59,803 bases of DNA, taken from contig JAUCBJ010004928.1 in NCBI GenBank assembly GCA_032718475.1, positions 1 through 59,803 on the forward strand, given 5' to 3'. Shown piece after piece: positions 40,101 to 49,100 of the stretch. The stretch comes from Nemertoderma westbladi. Lineage: Eukaryota > Animalia > Xenacoelomorpha. A program made the position numbers and the translations under genes. Every line of letters starts with the position of its first letter. Positions within the stretch are counted from its first letter, which is position 1. The notes beneath the pieces are model-generated. The model worked only from the letters and a program-made list of their open reading frames with translations. It was not told where the DNA came from and did no database searches.

Positions 40101-43100
40101 AGATATTGGGAACTTTCCTTGGTTATTTTGTTAAGGTTTACGTTAAAATCGCCAGCAAGTACAATATCTACATTTAGATTAGAGATGGATAACAAAAGTT
40201 TATCGAAAATTTCATGGAATGTATTAAAATTAACAGATGGTGGTCTATAGATTATACCTTCTAAGAGATTTTTATTGCTATTTGTTTTAATTTGAATCCA
40301 CTTGAATTTGAACTTGAACCGAACTTGAACTTGAATCGAACTTGAATTCATTCAAATATATCGTCGTCGTCTGAAGAAATAGTTGTAAAAGGGAAAATAT
40401 CAAAGGGAAAAGATTTGGATCCATATAATTCATTGAATTCAGCAATAGTCAGGTGAGAACCGCATGGTAGGTGAAACCAATTTCTACATAAAATGCAGTG
40501 AATGGGAATATCAGAAGGGACAAACTGTGAGTAGCAAAATGTGCATGAGGAACAGGGGGAAGGGGGAGGGGTTTGGGACAGGATTCTTGTAATTGGGATA
40601 GACATGACAGTTTAATTTATCTCGTACTGGAACGGACCATACATTACATATATATAGATAATATATCTGTACTTCAATACTCAATTAAAAATAAGATTTC
40701 TTAGAATGGCAGACATTTTACAGTTGTTCTAAATTTGATTACCTTAGTAATATCCCTCACTTGGTTCATTATTATTAAAATTCCTTACTCAGATCTTCTT
40801 TCTTAATTAAATTATTTAATTAATTAATTCGTTAATATAAAAATACCGTGCGTCCGTTAACAGCTTGCTTCCTTCATGGAAGTTTGTCGGACTCGAGCGA
40901 CTTGAAGGAGTTACTGATTTGAATAGGTTTACCGGAGACGCGACTGCTCGATGCATCGCGTGGACGGAGAGATCGATCAATGGATGCCTTCGCGACAGCT
41001 GGTAGATCAGAATCGGTGACCAGATGGGAATATTGGTCGTCGGTTTGTATGGGTGGGGAAGAAACTGTTGGGCAGAGAACCGCGTCGATATCTTGGATTG
41101 TTGTTACTCGGATCGGTTTACCGTTTTGAGAAACGCGAATGGTAACGACACCGGAATATGAATAGGCAGCGTGTAGGCGCCTTGACCGCTTTAGTTTCAA
41201 CGCGTGATGTAGAATAGCCATTCGGCGAGGTGTTAGGTGATCTGTTGCATAGATGCCAGTACCTTCCAGTAATTTACGGTTTCCGAAAACGACCCAGCGT
41301 GATGAATGGCCATAAAATCGGACGATAATAGGACGGGACTTTGTCTTACCTTCTTTAGCTACTGAGTTGATACCGGTAGGTGACTTTCCAAGACGGTGAA
41401 AAATGTCAATTAAAGAAATGTCAATTAATACCTAGGGTGGAGAGAACATCTTGGAGAGATTTCCGATCGTCATCTTTGCTACCTTCAGCAATTCCATGAA
41501 GCAGAACCGAGTGCCGCTGTTCGTATTGGTCGAGTTCATCAATATGTAGCTCTTGTGTTGCAATCTTGTCTTTTAGAGCTAGGTTCTCTCTTTTTAATGT
41601 TTCGTTTTCCTTGAGGATAACTGGGATTTCAGTACTATATTTTTAACAGTTATATTTCTGGAGTTGTTGGACCAGTTAGATTGATGACGGCCATCTCTTC
41701 TCCATTCGCCTCATTCAGCGGGTTTTCCATGCGGTTATCCACAGTTCTATAATTATCTCATATACTATAGGCCTACTACTTATTTCGCAATCAGCCCTTG
41801 GTCTATTAGTTTAGATTTGATCATTAATTGATTCACTAAATTTTTTTAATAGTATAATATTCTTTTTATGACATAAAATGACTTTTCACTCCATTTTCTC
41901 AAATCTACCATCTGTCGATGGGCCAGAAACAAAACTTTCTTCAAGGCTGACTCAGTAAAATCACATCTATGACTATTAACTTCTGACAGCAATGGGAATA
42001 CAGAATTCTTTAAGGAGAACTTATCACAGTCTTTATTACCCTTTCCCCTACCAGTCAACGTGAACTTAATTGCGAACTGTTTGGATATCAGAGCAGGCAA
42101 TTGCATTCCAACAGCTTCCCTGAGATTATTTCCTCCTTTCTTCTTTAAAATTGATATAACTTCCTTATTACTGCAAAGGGATTTCAGCTCAACCATGTTA
42201 TTAGCTGGTTTCATTGGAGTAGAAGTTGAATCCTTTTGTACATCAATGCCTGACTCAACCATCTTAATTAACTTCCCCAGTTTTCAGGTTTTACAGAATG
42301 GGCATGAAGCGTCGTCCTATTCATTAAAGAAAGGTAATAGTTGGATTCGAGCAGAGTGCGGTCATCCATATTCTCTACATTCGTTCTGTAGCGAGGATAT
42401 ATATGCTTCTTTATTAAATCCAAAGTTTCTGAAGACATATTGAATTCACCAGGCCAGTGCCAGTAGACATACTAGTATCAAAAGAGGGTCCGGTCTCAAC
42501 CTGTTGTGGAATCCCATTGTCGTCAACACCCACACTCAATGGAGCAGAAACCTGGTTCTGATTGTTGACATTATAAATATGATGCACGTCTTGATAATTT
42601 ATGGTGTCTAATGGTCTAGAGATAGACGTTGTACCAGAAAGGGGGTGTCTAGAAAGGGATGATTGTAACTGAGATGGTGAGATATTATGCAATGGAAGGC
42701 CTACCACTAATAACATATTCAACAAATAATACAGGTGCATGGTGCATTGCAATTATCGCAGCTACTATGTAGGCCTAGTTTAATTAGGCCTAATACATTA
42801 TTTCACAAAACAACAGCTCAACAGGCTGACTGAGACAGTGATATCATTTCAGCATTTAACATTACTGTTACTATATAGGCCTACACTAGTCGGCCTACTG
42901 CTGTACTGCAGTATGCCAGAATTATTGTTTTACAAGTAGTGGCAACTAATGAAAAGGATATTCATCCGCATTATGTAGGTGTTGAGTCAAAGCGTGGGAA
43001 AATAGACAGGTACAGAACATAAGCTGTGACTGGCATATGTTTTGCACAAATTCCACACATAATCTCACCATACATTTTCTGTCATGTTTACAGTAGCACA

Positions 43101-46100
43101 TGTTAATCTTATGGGTATGGCAATGCACAAATTATTGTGTGTCAAAGGCATATGTTTTAAATATATCAATCACAATTACATGAAACTGAGATTTAATATG
43201 TGCCTTTACCACATTCTCTGCTTATTTGCTGAAATTATGTTGCTGCATATATTTTTGTTGCGCATAAGTCTCCCACATGACACATGTAATTCACATATGA
43301 TACATGTTACCATTTTTAACTGGATAGTTACCTCCCGCACGCTTTCTGCGTCCATTTAAGAAGAGCCTTCTTGGCTGTCAGTTTAGGTTCCTGTTGTAAC
43401 TTCTGTTGTTTAGCAGCAATCTGATCTCCAACTACGAGATCACTCTGTGAGACCTTTTGTTGGGCAACGATCACTTTTGTGGTTTCTTCGATCTAGTTAA
43501 TAATTAAATATATAACAATTTGATTAATATTAGTATTATTATAACTATTTAATATAAAATAATAATAATATAAATATTTTTATATTGTTGCTGTTGTATT
43601 GCAAATAGTAAGAATAATACACATATATATCTAACTCTTATTTAAAGGAAACATTTATGGGTTTACATAAAACTTAAAGTAAACAATATGAAATGCTGTC
43701 GTGTGTTACTTAATCCTTAGTGGTTGGCTTGTCGACACTGATAATATCACCAATTTAATAAATTACAAACACCCAACAATTATCGTTGGCTGAAGTCCGT
43801 CTTAGAATCAGCTACACGTGCAGCTGCTGCACGCAGCTACACAAGTAGATGCGGAAGTCTAACTACATTTTCAAGTCTAACTTCAAAGTCTAACTCATTA
43901 TGATTCTGCCCCCGTTGACTACTTTATGTTAACAACATCAAACATTACTCACTTTAAATTCATAAATCAAGCCGCCTAGATGCTACCACAACCTGCTGCT
44001 ATTAACGGAAGTCCGCTGTCAAACTGACCTGGTAATGAAGAATGATAAGCCAAACAAGCCCGAGAATAATCTTCGGGTTTCCATCGACTACATCTGCTGG
44101 GTTTGTTCCCACTAATTTCACCTGCCAAATATAAAATGATTGATCCTGAACTAATGTTGAAAAGTAATTTCAGGAAACGTAATTTAAATTTATATCTGAT
44201 TAAATAATGATTTTCGGGTAAATTATTATACCTATTAATAATATAGTATAATATGATGCTAAAGTTAGTTTTGTGTATATATTGTGTATGAACGTGTATG
44301 CACCCCCAGAGACACTACGGGTACGGGAGATAATGTTTTCAGATAAAGAATACTCCCGATATTTTTCTTCCTTCATTTACAAATTAATTATCCATGAAAA
44401 TCCGTGAATATATTAAATATTGCGACCTTATTGTGAGCGTTGAACATGGATGGATATTTTGTAGACCAACCACTATTATGTAAACAAAGTAACGTAAACA
44501 AACTTAAATTAGTGTGTATATTGTAAAAATGCCATACATATATAAGATATATTGCATGAATTGTATATGCCTAAGAAATCAATCCCTGGTGTATGGTATT
44601 TGTGCATGTTGTTTGTACCAATTATATAATGAATATCATAATGTCCAGTTCTAGGACGTGTTTATATCAGACGTTCCTAATAATGGTTGCCTAATTGGTC
44701 CCTGAATAAAGATTGGGACAGGAAGTTATGGATGGAGTTGTGGAAGGGAATGGTTGGTTACTTGTCACAGGCAATTTCCACAGATCCACATCCTAAATTA
44801 ATGTAAATGATACATTTCTAATGAAAAACTTTGAAGAAAATTATAATGAAAACTAATAGATGAAGTGAAACCTGCAGAACATTCAGTAAGCCTAAGTAGT
44901 TATTTGTAGTTGATATCGGAACATCGTCAAATGATAGCGAGATTCCAACATTTTTACAATATTAATTTATTAATTTATAATTAATGTCATGTAAACAATT
45001 AAAACAATTTATGGTAATTAACATGTGTATAACAATAACAATTAACAGTGTTAGTTATAATAACTTTATATGTGGCGTGGTATGTATACTGATGATATAT
45101 ATATATATATATATTATAGGAAAATCAGCTGTTAATTTACAAATGGCACTCGGTGACATATTTTTCAACTTTATATCTCAGTACAACATATTTTCCAGCC
45201 GTTAACGTATGTCGCATAAAAAATCTCTCAGCTAAGGCTATATAACTTTTGTAAAGTTAAATATCATTAAAAAATAACAAATGAAATATAAATATTCCAG
45301 TAACATAGATAAATAAATATATAATTAAATCTATATGCCTACCGTTAGCTATTGTTAATACTACTGACATATGCCGAGCAATAAGACGAGTGAATCAGAA
45401 TGAAAAAGAACCCGCAGTTAATTGATCTCTCGGAGAGCATTCTAAACACCGACCAGCCAGCTTCATCAGATATTACTTACAACTTCAAGGGAGTGGCTCT
45501 TTCCGTGGCCGATGTAAACTCGCTCCAGGGAAGAGAATCGCTTACAGACAACATCATCAATGCGTGTCTCCAGTCTCTCGCAAAAGATAAGAACAATGTT
45601 CGTTCCTCCGACCGGAGGATATATAGCTATTGAAAGATGGACAAGCAAATTCAACATCTTTAACCTTGACAGTCTTCTTCCCCGTTAATGTGGAGAATGT
45701 TCATTGGGTATTGGTCGTCATTCACCCAAAGATGGGCCTCATTCGACATATAGACTCACTCGGAAACTATGCGAACACATTCAAACCAATAACCGAGGAG
45801 ATAATTCGTTGGCTAACTCTGGAGGCCGAGCGCAGGTGTATCCCACTTAAAAAGTTTACTACTGAGCCACCACTAAGTCGATGTCAATTCAACTCCTACC
45901 AATGTGGAGCATTCGTGTGTCGTTTTGCCAAGGCGGTAATTGAGGGTGGGTCACTAACAGAGGTTGATGACCCAGATGCCCAGGCATACAGGGAGTTTCT
46001 ACTCAAAGAAATTGAGTCCACAGCCACCATTACTCAAGCAATCCTTTATCCCTCCACCAACGCTCAACAGGAAACCACAGTTTCAACAACATTCAGCTCC

Positions 46101-49100
46101 AATCCAGACGTCGAGGTCTCCCACCCCAGCGAAGCTACGGACCCTGGGACTAACACGGATACCAGTAGCCATCCAGCTAAGTCTGAGTGCCAGGTCTGCC
46201 GAGATTCGATCCCAGTGAATCTAACAGGTCTCCTACGAAAACACGGCCGTCCAACAACATGTACCGGTTCGGGGAAACCCTGGGCCCACTCAAGCCCTTC
46301 TAAATCTACAACAGATCCTTTACCCTCCACTCAAGTCCCGACCACACAACCGCCAGAATCAACCGCCCACCATTTGTCAGCCGACGACCCAGCTCAACAA
46401 CCCATGCCTTCGAATTCAGACACCACTGATTTTGGTAGGAACTGGTTAACCAGCAGACAGACCACAGACCTGGACCCCGATGGTTTGATGATGACAGCAT
46501 ATGGAGCCAACCTAGTTGGTAAGGGCGAGCCTCCCGATGAACTGTTTCATCAAGGGCGGCGTGCCACACAAGTGCATGGGGGCAAGTATCGTCTATCTGT
46601 TGGGGCTGTTGGTCTCGACATAGTTGAGCTACTTGCTTCCAAGGTAACAGCCCTTGTCAGGGGCCTTCAGCACAATGAGGCAGATGCACGCTCTGAACGG
46701 ATTCTCTTGGCAGATTCCCTACTCCTCCACCGTGATCACAGAGTCGTTAAGGTGTCAGACATCCGTCGGTTGCTAACCCGCCGTGCTCAACAGTGGCGAT
46801 CTGGACAGATCGAGGCGCTTCTTCAAGAAGCTGAGAAATGCTCTGCAAAGTTCCCTACGGACCAGTGCTCTAGTCGACGACCTCCAGGGGATGAGAGGGA
46901 ACATACAATTCATGTATTTACCAGACTGATGTTGGAGGGGAAAGTCTGGAGCGCGGTGAGGTGGGTCATGGGCCATGAAACTGGTGGAGTTCTGGACCCC
47001 AATAGCGCCATCAATACGCCAGGAGGTACGACAACAGTATTTGATATCCTTGGCAGCAAGCACCCGCAAGCCGTCCCTCCACAGGAAGGCTCGCTCCTCA
47101 ATGCAGAGGAAGAACCTCCCAACAGGGTTGAGGTAGATGTGACAGCCAGCCATATAGAAGCAGCTGCACGACGGCTCCATGGAGGAGCAGGACCTGTTGG
47201 CTCGGACTCAACCCGCTGGAGCGACTATCTCCTGCGGTATGGAGGTCATAGCGAGCGGTTACGCGAAGCCATATCTGGACTAGCCCGTGAGATGGCCAGC
47301 AGGGTTATCCCATGGGAGATTTTACGCGCCCTCCTGTCTTCCAGGCTGATCACTCTGGACAAGTGCCCTGGAGTTCGACCCATCGGTATCGGGGAATGTC
47401 TCCGACGAATCCTTGCTAAGTCCATGGCCATAGCCAATGGGGACGACGTTACTGATACCTGTGGTGCGGAACAGCTCTCCGCTGGTACATCGGCAGGAGT
47501 GGAAGCAGCGATCCACACGATGTCCGGGATCTTCGACGAACACAGTGGAGAAGGCTGGGGCGTACTGCTCGTGGATGCAGTGAACGCTTTTAACTCGTTG
47601 AATCGGACGGCGGCACTTTGGAACGCACGTCATCTGTGGCCCCGATGCTCACTATTTCTTTTTAACTGTTATCGGGGCCACAGCATTCTAATCATAAGTG
47701 GAACCGAAGCCATCCTTTTCAGTGAGGAGGGCATGACTCAGGGCGACCCACTCGCTATGCTCCTGTACGCCACCAGTGTCCTGCCCCTCATCCGCCGCCT
47801 CCGAGTCATCCCAGATATACTCCAGAACTGGTGCGCCGACGATTCCGCGGCCGCAGCCTTACTTGCTAAGTTGCTGGAGTGGTTCAAGGAGCTGCTGCAC
47901 ATTAGGCCCACTGTGGGTTACTTCCCTGAGCCCACAAAGTGCAACGTTGTAGAAGCGCCACAGTTCATTGATGAGGCCAGGGTGGTGTTCCGCGACCACC
48001 CGGTCAATATCGTGACAGGGTGCCGATTCCTGGGTGGTTTTGTTGGTGGGGAGGAACGGGGTGTTTTCAACCCACAGACTCAGGTGTTGATTGATATTAG
48101 GTTGGTTAACCTTGACGCCGAGTCATACGTGGGTCGCACCCCGATGTCAGTCCTCGAGTCCGCCGAAGACCAGAAGATCAGGCTGTATGCCGAGGCGGCT
48201 TGGGCTCGTCGGGCGGACTTTGCTGCTTTCGTTGTGTCCTGTGATGGTGTGCTGGTGCCCCACGCGGATAAGATCCTGCGGATAATCGCTCACCGACTCC
48301 ATCGTTCCTGGCAGCGCCCCTACAGCACAGTCATGGGGTGGGTCCGTCTTCGAGACCAATTCGCAATTCTTCGAGGAGCTTCCCACTGCATCCGAGGCTC
48401 TAGAATGAAGTGGCGAAGCGGACTTGGTCTTGAGGATGGCGCAGGACTTCCGGTACCCCCTATAGATATGTAGGTTTTCATCATGTTTTTGGACTCCCTA
48501 CAGTACATCATTTATTTATATTTTTAGCATATCTGTTGAAATTAAAATTAATCTTTTGACATACAAACTGTTCGGCATTGTCATTTAATTAATTGTCATG
48601 TCATTTATTTTCAGTTAATTTCAGTTAAAACATTCATAATTATCGTTGAATAAAATTAGGGATAAAAGAATATAAATTGATTAAAATTAATTAAATAAAT
48701 TTTTTTTAACTATTTATGGCAAACTTCACAAATATAATTTGATATTTTTTCGGATACTGAAAAGTAATTTAATTTGTGAAGTGTGTGCACTTTGTACGAG
48801 ATTGTATTCATTTCTTAATTTTTATGAAGCGTTTCATAAACAAAACCTTTTCCACACTCTCAACATAAATATGATAATGCAACAACAAAATGATAAAATA
48901 AGAATAGATTTAATTCTATTAAATACAAGCAATATTGTTATCATTCATTAGAGTGCGAATAGAGAGACTACTGTGAATTAGAGATTGAATAAAATGTCAA
49001 CATATACAGTGAAATAAAGTAAAGAATAAGATATGAAATACAAAAGGCTCTCCTTAAATAATACATTGTGGAGAAGCGAACTTCTGTACCTAAATATAGC

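Larger units (their letters stand above)
37560..41760 (-). mobile_element. Near full-length degenerate CR1-group LINE (ORF1; PHD finger; APE endonuclease; RT)
   Basis: ORF1 [17 protein letters not shown]...HRLGK...RPIIVRF...DHLT; PHD-like CSSC..C...[13 protein letters not shown]; [24 protein letters not shown]; [30 protein letters not shown]. Confidence 0.9.
28212..43322. mobile_element. Probable CMC/CACTA-like DNA transposon relic enclosing nested insertions
   Basis: Inverted termini CAGTGAAAAATGAGAATGTGCATCACATGTG (28212, +) and CAGTTAAAAATGGTAACATGTATCATATGTG (43322, -) match at 24/31; catatg/acatgtg-rich subterminal regions on both sides; DUF4806-like ORF inside. Confidence 0.55.

Noticed and set aside
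45964-48511. Antisense and alternate-frame ORFs within the Ulp1-CRE element
   Set aside because: Shadow frames of the 947-aa ORF.
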